Shown here one piece after another: positions 1 through 13,400 of a stretch of DNA of 64,000 nucleotides; position 1 is the stretch's first letter; each line of letters opens with the position of its first letter. The translations under genes were made by a program, and so were the position numbers. Under the pieces are notes generated by a model that saw nothing but the letters and a program-made list of their open reading frames with translations, ran no database searches and was not told where the DNA came from. The stretch comes from Tubulanus polymorphus (taxonomy: Eukaryota > Animalia > Nemertea): positions 2,914,001-2,978,000 of the forward strand of contig NC_134036.1 in the NCBI RefSeq assembly GCF_964204645.1. Direction: 5' to 3'.

Positions 1-875
1 AGTTTAGGTTTAAGAGTTGACTTAACAAAGTTTGATATTTAGCGCTACAAACAATTTGCCACACACAAAATAAAATTACACTTATTCATTAATTCATAAT
101 AATAACCGAATGAAAAATGTGGCTGTATTGATATTCGCACAATGGTTTTTCTAGTTGCCCGGCAACACGTGATAACGCAGAGAATGAACACAGATTTTTT
201 TCCAATACAAATTTTATTTTATTTCCGTGGTTGAAGATCTTTCATCTGTAGGTCCTTCAAAAATGGCGCAATTAATTCATAACAACCATCAAGATCAGAT
301 ATTTCATTTTCCATAATCAGAGACCAAAATAAGGGTCACTCAGCTGTCTTAATGTGACATGTATGAAGTATGTGTGTATCAGGGGCCTCTAGACCCTTCT
401 TTTGACTTTGTAGTACCATATGATATTTATTTAGGCCATTTTGGTACTTGATTTTGCAGTTATTTGGTATCAGGGGTATCTTTCGACTTGGATGCACCAT
501 ATGATCAGTTAAAGCATTTTGATAGTTGACTTTTCAGTTTGGAAGTAATTTTTGTGTATATTTCTGTGTACATCAAGTGGATCATTTGACTTACCTTACG
601 ATCACTGTTTAGGCCTTTTGAATTTGATTTCATGATCATTTTATTTGTCCAAGTTTCAAATGTTAATACTTTTTGTATCAATGACGAGATGGGAGGAAAG
701 AGCTGAAATCTTGCTTAATTGAAAAATGATATTTAGGAGAAAATCTTTTTGTGATAATGTTTGATAATGCTTTGCACAGAAATGAGGCAATTACATGGGG
801 TCGGGAAATCCACAAAGAATCAGAAAAAAATCCACAAGAAATTGTCCTGAATCAGGATGACACTGATTTGTGCTA

Positions 876-1015
<140 letters not shown>

Positions 1016-1249
1016 CATTAGTAAGCTAGGCCTCGACTTACTATGTTGCGATTGTGTAAAGTATTTCTACTTATTCGTGTTCCATAACAATAACTGAAGA
1101 TATATTTGAAAAAAACCTGAGAAAAAATGCCCATCGAAATCAGCCAGTGATACCAAATAATCACTTCTATGATACCAGCCAGTGATTAATCACCGAAATT
1201 AATCTTGTATGTAAAATATGTACCCTAGGTATTGTCTCTTTAACTTAAG

Positions 1250-3830
1250 TTCGATATTAGAAATTGTCGAAAATTCTGATAAATAGATTTCAAGCCATGT
1301 ATGTTGATAGTAGAATTTGTCTCAGGTTAGGCCTTGAACCTGAGTTAAGTTCTTTATTTGGATAATTAGATATTGTCTTCAAATTTGATAAGTAGATCAC
1401 AGTTAAATATGTTTATGTTGTAAATTGCCTCAGGTTAGGCCTTCAACCTGAGTTCAGCCCTATATATAAATACTAGAAATTGTTTTGAGATTTGATAAAT
1501 AGATAGTACCGGGTAGTTAAATTAACTTCAGTCATTGATGCAGTTGTTGTCTCAGTTTACGCCTTGAACCCGAGTTAATCCCTGTTTGTGAATTAGAAGC
1601 CCTTAAATCTGATAAATTGATCACAGTAAAACTAATTTAAGATCTGTATATGTGTTATAGATTAGCTCACGTTAGGCCTTGAACCTGAGCTAGGTTCTGT
1701 ATTTGGATAATAGATATTTCAAGTTGAGTGTTGTATGTATAATTTGTTTCAGGTTAGGCCTTGAACCTGAGTTAAGCTGTAGTTTCGCATTATGCAAGGT
1801 TTAAGTCAGGTGCAATTGAATTGTTATAGACCCTAAATTTAGGTTATTACGGTCATTACTATTAATAGCTTTAACAATTAATGCATTGATTAAGCACACC
1901 TTGTAGAGATGAGACAAATAAAATAATTTTGAGGTCTTGAAATTTGAAAAACCAGAAATATTCACAAAAATATAGCACAAGACTTCCAATACAAGGAAGG
2001 GCCATTAGCGCCATGCTAGGGTACATGCATAGATTATTGGGCCTCCTTTATTTCTGTGCGTCATGGGTATATTTATTTGGGCAATGTATTGACTGTATTG
2101 GTTATATGAGTGTAGCAGTTAATGTACATAAAGTTTGCATGAATTACTTTTTTGATACAAAATATAAGATTTGGGTTAAGCCCTGGGTGTACTAGATATT
2201 GTCCTAAGGTCTGATAATAGTATATTATAATAGTAGAAATTGTCTCAGGTTAGGCCTTGAACCTGAGTTAAGTTCTGTATCTGGATATTAAATATTTTCC
2301 TTAGTTCTTGTAAACAGGTCATTGGAAAGCAAAGTCTAAGTCATGTATGCAGATGTTGTCTCAGGTTAGGAGTTGACCCTGAGTTAAGTTCTGTATTTGG
2401 ATATTAGATATTTTCCTTATTTCTTGTGAACAGGTCATCGTTAATCTAAGTTTTTAGTCATTAAGTAGAAGTCTTGTGTATAGATGTTGTCTCAGGTTAG
2501 GCCTTGAACCTGAGTTAAATTCTGTATTTCGATATCAGATATTTTCCTAAGATCTGGTAAATAGGTAACGATAAAACTAATTTAAGCGTTTTATTTTATG
2601 TAGAATTTGTTAGGCTGTGTACATGGGTGTAGTCCTGTAGCATGTTTGCATACGCGGGTATGTTTTGACTTGAAGGTTCCATAATTGTTTAGTCCTTTTG
2701 GTAGTTGGATTTTAGGCAGTTAAAAAGTAATTTTTGTGTATGACGAATATCTTTAGACTTACCTTATGATCATTGTTTTAGGCATTTTGGTACTTGATTT
2801 CATGATCATTGATTTGATTGAAAAATTATATTTAGGAGCAAATATTTATGCGATGATGTTTGTTGATGCATTGCACAGGAATGAGGCAATTGCAAAGGAA
2901 TTGGGAATCCACAAAAAATCAGAAGAAATCCACGAATAAAAGGAATTGTACAGAATCAGGATGACACAGATTTGTGCGAAAGTAGAAATTTGTAGTAAGC
3001 TAGGCCTCGACTTACTAATTGAATGAGTAAAATAGTTTTACTCATTTGTTTTCCATGATAAGATATCGTACAAAATATACACAGCAATTACTGTAGATTT
3101 ATTTGAAAAAGCCAGAGAAAAAATTCCTATCAAAAGCAGCCTGTCATATGAAATCATCACTGCTTTGATACAAGCCAGTGATAAATAACTGTAATAAAAC
3201 TTGTATGTAAAAACATGTAACCTATGTATTGTTTCTTTAACTGTTGTTCGATAGTAGAAATTGTCCAAAGATCTGATGAATAGGTGCCCATAAAACTAAG
3301 TCAAGCCCTGTATAGTAGAATATCTCAGGTTAGGCCTTGAACCTGAGTTATGTTTTGTATTTGGATATACGATTGTTTCCTTGAACCTGGTAAATAATTT
3401 ACAGTAAAGCTAGCTTAAGTTAAGATATATATGTGTTGTAAATGTATCAGGTTAAGCCTTGCGTTAAATCTTTATTTGGATATTATGTATTTTATTTAGA
3501 TTTGATAAGTACGGTATATATAGGTCACAGTATAACTAACTTAAGATATGTTGGTGTTGTAAATTGTCTCAGGTTAGGCCTTGAACCTGAGGTAAGTTCC
3601 TTATTTGGATATTAGATATTGTCTTTAGATTTGGTGAATAGGTCACAACGTCATGAAGTCGTGTATGTAGATGTTGTTTCAGGTTAGGCCTTGAACCTGA
3701 GTTAAATCCAATATGTAAATACTAGAAATTGTCTTAAGTTTTGAGAAATAGGTCACAGTAAAACTAATCTCAAGTCATGTATGTGGATGTTGTTTCAGGT
3801 TAGGCCTTGAACCTGAGTCAAGCTGTACGT
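1250..3830. repeat. Diverged ~110-125 bp satellite with conserved hairpin core CTCAGGTT-AGGCCTTG-AACCTGAG (~13 copies in three clusters)
   Basis: Core seen at ~1321, 1428, 1551, 1666, 1748, 2244, 2360, 2491, 3324, 3447 (degenerate), 3568, 3678 and 3794. Sequences between cores resemble each other (ttggatattagatatt..., ataggtcacagtaaaactaa...). Confidence 0.9.
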
Positions 3831-6800
3831 TGGCATTAAACAAATTTCAAATTAGGTGCTATTGATTTGTTATAGAATAGATTTAAGTTATTACTGTCAT
3901 TACTATTGATAGCTTCAAAAATTAACGTGTTGATTGAGCAAACCTTGCAGGGATCTGATAAATAAAAAATCTTGAGATCTTGAAATATGACATTCGAAAA
4001 ACCAGAAGTATTGAAAGACATCCAATACTAGGGATCCTGTCGCCTTCAGATTCAAAACCTGAAAGCTGTGCTGGGGCGTATGCATCGGGCTTCCTTCATT
4101 CCTGTGCATCATAACAAAATACATAAAGACATAAAATACCTGTTCATGTATTTTTGATCAAGTGATTTGGGTAATGTATGGAGCGTGCAAAGTAAAGTAT
4201 GCATGAGTTATTGTGATTTTGTGTTTCGGTGCAAAATACAAGATTTCTGAATAAGCCGAGTGACCTCCACATTGGACCTGGGCGGGGATGGGGCGATTGA
4301 TTGTTAAAAATTTTTAAACAAAATTGATATTTTCTTTCAGGAAAATACATTAATTATTTGCCGATGAAAGATGATTAAAAGTTATTCTTACCCTCAGTAA
4401 GAAATACATACTCACGCCTGCCTGGTTGGTTGGTTGCCTCATTTCAAAATTGTATAAATAGTCTATAAACGCGCAAAACAAATTCAACATGTGCGAGAAG
4501 TCTTTTAGAGTTTCACCGAGAAATTACACGCAAAAGTTCAACAAATTCCTGCTATAGTTCATAAACGAGGAGTCTTTCATTTCCGCATGAGTCTTTGACG
4601 ATGTACGAGAATCGTGACAAAGCGATATGTATTGCGGGAGTCAATTGTTCTAGAGTCAGGTGGAGTCCTTGAGGTTCAATGCAGTTTCATAGGAGTCTTT
4701 TTCTATCGGAGTCAGTCTGAACGTTTTAGGGAGTCCTTTAAGTGCTGCAGTTTCGAGATAAAGTCTTTTTTCAGTCATCAGTTTTTGCGCAAGGAGTCAT
4801 TGACTTTTATCGCGAGATTATGAAGTCTTACTGCAGCATCAGGATTTTCAGCCATCTGAAAAATAAATGAAACAATATTTTTAACACTGAAAGTGAGATA
4901 TATAGTTAGGCCTACCGAGAAATGGGTAGACTTGAAAATATATCAATCTAAAACTGGGCTCTTGAGTGCCTAAGATAGTTTGAATTGGGCCAAACTGCCC
5001 AAAAATGATGAGTCTTGAGATAAGCCCTAGACCCTCTTTACTTTCCAAGTAAGCTGCCCTAAACCATGATGAAAAGGTAACACATTTTTTGTCAAAAATA
5101 TGAAAATCTCTGACTTGAATGTCTAAGAGCTTTGAATTTCGCAATAGTGTGTGACCTACAAGAAACTCGCGACTCGCCGGCGCCAGACATTCCGAGTTCC
5201 CTCCCGCTGAAAAGTTGACAAAGTTTCTTTTTGATAAATTGACGAAAAAGTTCTCGACGTATATAGAACCCGACAAACTACTGTTAAGCAACATCAGGAT
5301 ACAGTAATTTAGAATTCAAAACCGATAGATAATTAGTAAAAGGAGAAATGTGATCGCAAACTCGCATCAGTGAACAAGTCCAAGGTGACCGCTAAAAAAA
5401 CGCGTGTTTCACGCTTCAAATGATATTTCGATATTTGCCGTCGATTCGAATCGAAAATATGTGAAAATCTTACCGATCTCCCGTTCGAGAAAGTGACTAC
5501 TGTCATCAGAAACGGTTACTTTGTAACGCGAACGCGAATAGACTTGTATAAAAATGTATCTCTTCGACTTTTTTCGAAGCTGTTACATTGTAACAAAACG
5601 TGTGAAAAAATGTCCATCAAAAATCGCTTCTCATCTGCGCATAAATTAAAACATCGAAAACGAGGCTAATTACCTGCAATGCAGAATTATCTCCTCGGTT
5701 TACTGATGCGTTTAAATCCAGTTGACACTTTTTCATTCCTGATATTTCTGAGATTTTTTCGCGTATCAAAAGCACGTTTTTTCAAAAGCGACTCTCGCCA
5801 TCATGGCTTCCACCTCAGCTGATGTCGCCTCAGCTGTTGGGGCTGTCCCCGAAGCGCGCGCTCATCCCCCATCCGAAAATTCATTCTCGGGGATTTATTT
5901 TCCGAAATCGACCCCTTGATAGCGTTTATAATCATTTTTGAGAATTTTGGGCATAAAAATTTCAATTTTTGATTGTTTTCTAATGATAACGCGTCAAACT
6001 TTGAGCCGATTTTGAGGTGGACCCTGCTCGACGGGACGAGACAATTTTCTTTGAGGAGGGTTAGGTCAGGTGTGACGAGTCGAATTCATCTTAAACAACA
6101 ACGATTTTTACAATTCTAAAAACGAAATTTTATTCAGAATTCCCTACAAACATCTTAGATCGTTACTTTTCGCTTGTTTCGGTGGCGGAAATTAAATTTC
6201 ACAAGTTTTGAAAGTTATCGCATATTCGTCATCCCTCGTTGAACAATGGACGCAGTCGGCGGTGACTGAGTGCACCGTCGTGGTGCGACACAGCCTTTCA
6301 ATCTAGGTCTAATCTATGGTTGATATTAACCTATTGTCCGATACGTTTTTATAGAAGAATCTCAAACTATGAATTTCAGTTTTCTTGTTTGTTTCTGGCA
6401 ATTTTTCAGCCGCTCGATCGATTTGACATGAACCTAATCGACGTTTCAAAAAGTTTCAAAACCCCACTTTCCCTATACTGATAAGCGATCATTTATGTAC
6501 AGTAACACCTGTGATTCGTGATCGGGTTCGAATCCATCTCGAGCGCCTGAATTCTCTCTCTCTCTGATAATGATATCAGATATTTGTTCGTATTCATTCA
6601 GTATTTAAGATTTTCTCGTTACTAGCTGGGCCATGAAATGGATAGATAGATTAACACAATACATGTAGTTTTTTATTGTCTTGCAGTCCATCTCTATTCT
6701 TGGGGTACTCTCCATACCAGGCCTGTCCTAGGCTACTCCTATGACCTATGAAGTTACGTATTTCAAACCAGTTTAATGCAGCTGTTAACTGGGGACATAA

Positions 6801-9800
6801 GCATAATATCAAAATATCTATCTATTTTGAATTATGTCTTTAAGACTTGATGAAGCTGTCTTTTTCTTGAATATTCTTGAATATTGGACTAAACAGAACA
6901 CTTTCTGGCATTAACACAATAAGAAAGGATGTTTCCATGTTAAGCTCAAAGTGTTATCAATGATATTTATTGCAACAAAAACCTTAGCCACAGTTTTTTT
7001 CATCAGCCACACAAAAAATAAAATCACATTTATTTACTAATTCTAATAACCGAATGAAAAATGTGGCTTCATTGATATTTGGGCAATGTTTTTTTTTCTA
7101 ATTGCCCGGCAACATGTCAAGACTCAGAGAATGAACACAGATTTTTTTCCAATACAAATTTTTATTTCATTTTGAAGAGTTGAAGGTCTTTCATGTCGAC
7201 AGGTCCATCAAAAATGGCGCGATAAATTCATATTATAGAGATTTGATATATCATTTCATTTTTCAAATCAGAGACCAAAATAAGGGTCACTCAGCTGTTT
7301 TCATATGACATGCATGGAGTATGTGTGTATCAGGGGCCTCTAGACCCTTCTTTTGAATTTGCAGTACAATTATGTAGGCCATTTTGGTACTTGATACGTT
7401 TATCTTGTATCAGGGGTACCGGGTATCTTTCAACCTACTAGGAGTACCATATAATCATTACTTAGGCCTTTTGGTGGTTGATAGGATATGTCTTTGTATC
7501 TCTTGATTTACTGAGAATAAAATAAATCATCATTTTTGGCTTTTTGGAACTGTATTTCAAGCACTTAGGAAGTAATATGATGTGTAGGCCCATATCTATC
7601 TGTGTATCAGGGTTACTTGATTTGGGGAGTACAATGATCACTGTTTAGGCCTTTTGGTAGTTGACTTTTGTAGAGTAAAGTAATTTGGAATCTATAGGCC
7701 TACCTTTGTATTAGGCGTGATTTTTAACTTCAGAACCAAACATTTAGGAATTTCAAAATAAATTTGTTCTAGGGGAATATATAAAAAGTTATGTCGATTT
7801 GTAAAAATGATTGTATTTCGACTTGCCTTCGGTGAAATCATACATGCATTTATCAACAAATATTTTGTATCATTCATTTTGCAGTGAGTGAGGAGCCTTC
7901 AGGTTTGCTGCAGTTTTGTAATAGGCCCTAGTCTTTTTTCAAGCCATCTCAGCGTTCCTATCTGTACTCGACGAGTCCTTCAACCAATTTCAGGATTTTC
8001 AGCGATCTGAAAATTAAAGAGACAACATTTTTAAAGACTAAAAGATAACCCAGACTCGCCGTCGCCAGACATTCCGAGTCCCCTCCCGCTGAAGGAGTTG
8101 ACGAAATTGACAAAATTCTATATCGACCCGTGAATTTAAGAAAATTCTCGTTGTATAATTCAACGAACTACTCTTTATCGAAATCGGGATTTAGCAATTT
8201 AGAATTCAAAACCGCTAGATAATCGGTAAATAGAGAATATGATGATCGAAACAATCCCCAACTCGCATCAATGTTCAAGGTGACCGCCAAAAACGCGTGT
8301 TTCACGCTTCAAATGATATATCGATATTTACCGTCGATTCAAATTGAAAATTTGTGAAAATCTAACCGATCTCCACTTCGAGAAAGTGTCTACTGTCATC
8401 AGAAACGGTTACTTTGTAACGCGAACGCGAATCGACTTGTATAAAAATGTATCTCTTCGACTTTTCTTAAAGCGATTATATTGTAACAAAACGTGTGACA
8501 AAATGTCCGTCAAAAATCGCTTCTCATCTGCGCATAAATTAAAACATCGAAAACGAGGCTAATACCTGCAAAATGTAAAAATCTCCTTCTGTTTTATGAC
8601 GTTTTCAAATCCGGTTGACACTTTTCGATTTCAGATATTTTCGAGATTCATTTTGTAAACAAATTATCATTTCGATCGTCGAAACCGTGACCGTGTCATG
8701 GCTTCCATCTCAGCTGATGATGCGTGAACGGGGCTTGTCACCGATGCGCGGTGACCCCAATCAGAGAATTCGGCTTCGTTAATTCATTTTCCAAAATAGA
8801 CCTTTCGGAAGCTTTTATGATACTTTTCGAAGCTTTTGGCTATAAATCTTTCAATTTCCGATTATCTTTTTAAACGATATTTTCGCTAGATTTTGCGGCG
8901 ACTTTGAGGGGACCCGTTCGACGGGGCGAGTCAATTTACTCCGGAGGGGTGGCAGTAAGTTGTGACGAATCGAATCCGGTCTCAAATTCAGAATTTTCAG
9001 ATCTTTGCTCGACTCCTGCGCAAAACAATGAAACGATCATAATGTATTGTGTATTTTAGTTGCAACAGATGAATTTCACAGGTTTTTGAAAGTTTTCTCA
9101 TACACGTCAACCCTCGGTGAAAAATAGCCACACCCATTGACATATGACAACAACCGCAGTGCCTCAAACTATCATGAAATCATCTTATTTTCCACCAAAC
9201 TTGTTTGAAACGACCGATCAGGTCTTTAATTCACATAGAGCAGATTTTTCAGCCCCTGGGCCCGAATTGAGATGTTTAGAACCACGCTGCCCTATTGATA
9301 TCGAAACCTAAACGTAACCATAGCAACGCATGTAGTACGAATCCTGCTACGAGCTACATTTTTTGTCAGATTAGTTCTATTGCGAATGTATTGGTTATTT
9401 GAAGAAGATACTCGTTTGTTTTATCGCTGATCGCCATCATCAACACATGTAGATGAATAAAAAAATATTTCTAATATTGCTTCGAGTCCCTCGTCCTCTC
9501 TAGGGCAGCTCTCCATAGCCTTCTTGCATACGGTAGCCCTAGGCGGGCCAATCTTGTCAATTTCTCTTAGCCTAACCCAATTTAGTTTTCCCGTTCAGGC
9601 CTAACCCCTCGTATCTCTCCCTTTTTCGTATCTCCCCCTTCCCTTTTATTTCGATTTCCCCTCTCAAGGCCTAACCGCTTGTATCTTAGTTTTCCTCATT
9701 TTCATGCAGAATCCATCTTCCAGTTCTGATGATTAACATGGGACTGCTTGAATTGCTTTCATTTTAGGGCTTCTCGAATATTTTTTGGGCGAGACAAGTT

Positions 9801-10471
9801 TGAGGTGGACGTGTAACAGTACCTCAAGGAAAAAGGAAGATTCTAAAAGCTACTATGAACAAGGTTAGACTTTTTTCAAAATTTCAATAAGATAAGATGT
9901 AAAATAGGCCTCATCCACAACCTTCTTATATCACTGCACTAATAGTGCTTTTATATCAGAAGGTCTGAAGCTGTGAAAATCCTCAGAAGAGAAGACACTG
10001 GAGATGTTCAATTTATATACAAAATGTTTTTATTAATTTTTTTGTTGTTGTCATTTTTCATTTTAAATTTACATTATCTATTTACAATACGCAGATTTTG
10101 AAATGCATTTTTTTTGCGTGAAAAAACCCTTGCAATTCTGGAGACGCTTTGAAACGTAAGGTTTTTAAAGAAATATTTCAATAATTCCTGTTCATCGAAC
10201 AAAGAACAACTGGCACAAACACAATAATACAAGGTTTGAAATGATATACAGACACATTACTGTATATCTATCTTAGTCATATTTCAAAGTTTTTTTGTTG
10301 AGAAACAAATTCTCAAAGTTTTCAAACCAGATAAATTTCCCAACTTCGGAATATATTAAATCAATCTCGGAAATGTTCTGAACTCGAGTTGCCAGTAGCG
10401 GTTTTGAAGTTGAGTAAAACTCCTTGAGATGATGACCACGGATGAAGTCATCTGATCTGCGATCGACTGTT

Positions 10472-13400
10472 CTAGTCCTCATCCATATCCTCCTCTTCCG
10501 CTTCCTTATCACCGCCGACAGCGCCCTCTGGTGCCTCTTCATCCTCCTCGTCTCCACTGTCGTCGAGCACGCGCGGTTTCTTCTTTCTCACTTCGGTGTC
10601 GGAATCCTACAAGGAGACAGAAATATTTGAGAATATCTTCTTCTCTGGCAAGTGACTGCATTTAGTCTACTCTGGCAAGTGACTGAATTAAGTCTTCTCT
10701 GGCAAGTGACTATAAAAGTCTACTTAATTAACAATGCAGTTTCATGAAAAGGTTTAAGCTTGAAACGGTAAAGTTTTAACTGCTGTCCTCAATGAAACAG
10801 GAAGTGTTGTAGCAATTGAACCAAAACAAGTGGCTGAATTTAGTCTACTCTGGCAAGTGACTATGAAGTCTACTTATTGAAGAATTACACGCAGAACGTT
10901 TAAGGGTCCTATTTCATAAAAAACTTGGAAACGGTTGAGTTTGAAGTGTTGTCCTTTTGAAGTAACCAATATAGCAATTGAACCAAAAAAAAATTGAGTT
11001 TAACTTTTCACGAAACCGGACCCCGGAAACTGGACTGGTAGCGATAATGGTATTCATTATTGCAATTCGATAAAACTCACCCCTTCATCATCGCTATCGA
11101 CGACCTTCGCTTTCATCAGACGTTTCGTTTTCTCATTGTCGGAATCGGAGTCTTCGCTCGACGTGTAAATATTCGGCCGATCTGCGGAATATAAACAAAC
11201 AACATTCTGTATCGTTGTCATCGATACCTCAGTTTATCGCAAGAGATACAAGGTTCTTACAGATCACAGAATCCAAATTAACTTAGATATTTTCCTGACC
11301 CTGACCAAAAATTTCCTAGTTAGATTTTAAGATATTCTCTGTGTCTTATTAAGTGGTTCCTTGTGCCACACATCACCAGTAAGTACAATAAGACATCAAA
11401 AATTTAAATTCCCTGACTTTTCCCTGCTTAGAAAAAATGAATCCAGAATCCTTGATTTTTACGGATCTGTAAGAACCCTGTTGATATTTCGAAATCTGAG
11501 ATATGTTGATATTGCGAGATGATAATATTTAGGTACCTCGTTTGCTGCCTGACTTGTATTGTTTTTTGATATTCGATATCGAGATAGCGCCTTCATCATC
11601 TTCTTCCTCTTCGTCATAGTTCCCTGGAGAAAATCAAATTCAAATCAGTTTGTTTACAATGTTTTAACTTGACGGCGTCAAATCTGAAGTGGACCTGATT
11701 CCACTGTTGCGATTAAGAGCCCTTGAGTTAAAATTAGTTCATTTTCAATGTTTTGAACTCTGTTGAGACAAATCGAACTTACAACTGTGGAACTGGATCC
11801 TGAGTTTTGGTAAACGAAGAGAATATTCGGAGAAATAATTAGGCGGGAACCATACCTTCGAGATAAGACGATGATAAGCCTCGAGAGTGAGCCTTCTCGC
11901 GTACACGACGTTGTTGTCCTTCTCGGCGTATCGCGGCTCGAAGTTTCTCTTCCTCTTTCTATTGTAGAAACAAAACATCAAGTAATTAATTATCTTCAAA
12001 AATGTTCTTGATATGGGGGACGTATAATGCTACTGTGGATCCCACTGTGGCAAATGAGGATCCACCAGGCATCACTAGTGTAGTTACTCCTTCAATTTAA
12101 TCTACATTCCAATTGAAATCGGACTGACTTTTTTTGATTTGACACAGGCTTACCTTAATCATTTCTGATCGCTTAGACTCTGGATCTTTACCAGCGATCG
12201 GAAGCACTCGGATTCGTTGAGCCTTCGTAGATCTATCGGCGAGTGACATCGTCATCTTTCTGTGAGTGAACGAGTCTGTCGAATGAGGCCTGAAATACGC
12301 ACACAAAAAAAAACAATCATGTTTCCAAACCTTCAAAATGAAACAAACAGTTTTTCATTCCGGGGTTGAGCAAATTAGCTAGACTACAAGGTAGCCCGTT
12401 TACAGGCATATTGAAATATTTAACTCAATTGGTCTGGGACTATCTCTGCCTGCAATCAAAGGATCAAGGCCAATGGACAAATTTCCATACCTTTACTCAA
12501 TAAAGTACTGGTACGATTGAACAATCTGTCCCTGCGAGTATTCAGTGAACAAGTCAGTTGGCCAATTAGCTTTCAACAAGTGGAGGGACAGCATATATCT
12601 ACGGTTGTTCTGTCTACTGGACAGCTTGTTATAGAATAACAGATAATTCAGGAAAAATTGAGTGACTTCAATTACCTGAATGTGAGTTTGGTTTTGAAGA
12701 CAGCCTGACCCTGTAAACCAGTTCCTTGTCTGATGAACAAATGGTTGTAATCTCCGTGTAACTGCATCGTGTAAACATCGAATACTTCTTTACCGAGATG
12801 AAGTGATAGACTGAAAATAAATACAACGGATCAAACTCATTAAACAAGTTTGACTTCACAATTAAAATTAGTTCATTGCAATATGTCAACTCCTAGAGAC
12901 TAAAAATCTTCTACTCATCTGGATAGGGTGGCCACTTTCACTTATTTACAAATCCCCTGAGTCCATGTGATTACACAAAAATTCCCCCCTTAGTTAATCA
13001 GAGAAATTTCTGGGTTTAAAATGTTACAATTCATTCATTTTTCATTGAATTATGTACTGATAGAGAAACATGTGGTCAAAAAATATTATCCGAATTCGCT
13101 GAATTATCCAAGTTTTTGCTAAAAATTGTCAAATTTGAATTTTCCGCGATTTTTTACTAGATATTTCTGATTACAGGTTTTCTGGGTCAGTGGCCACCCA
13201 AGAAGAGGCTCAAATAGAACTTAAACAGCATTATCAATTGTAGGTTGAAGATAGGCCTACCTTCCATCAGACCATCGCACCATACGGGCGTTACTCTCAC
13301 GGGCGAGCTGTCCGTCATCTTCGTACGCGTCGTTCCCAAACTCGTCCTTCGCCTGGCGCCACCTGATCGTGTTCTCGACTTTCAGTTTCAAACGCGCTCG

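Noticed and set aside
1250-3830. CRISPR-like array of palindromic repeats
   Set aside because: The 'spacers' are mostly 85-105 bp and homologous to each other, there are no cas genes, and the context is a eukaryotic intron-rich genome.
4881-5294. 137-aa minus-strand ORF
   Set aside because: Not preserved in the paralogous block (~8030-8170) and no domain signature.
5623-5632. ATCGCTTCTC identical to the U2 snRNA 5' end (also at ~8516)
   Set aside because: Similarity stops after 10 nt; no branch-pairing or Sm-site sequence follows.
6520-6550. Isolated Pol III B box GGTTCGAATCC
   Set aside because: No A box or cloverleaf; at most a decayed SINE or tRNA fragment.
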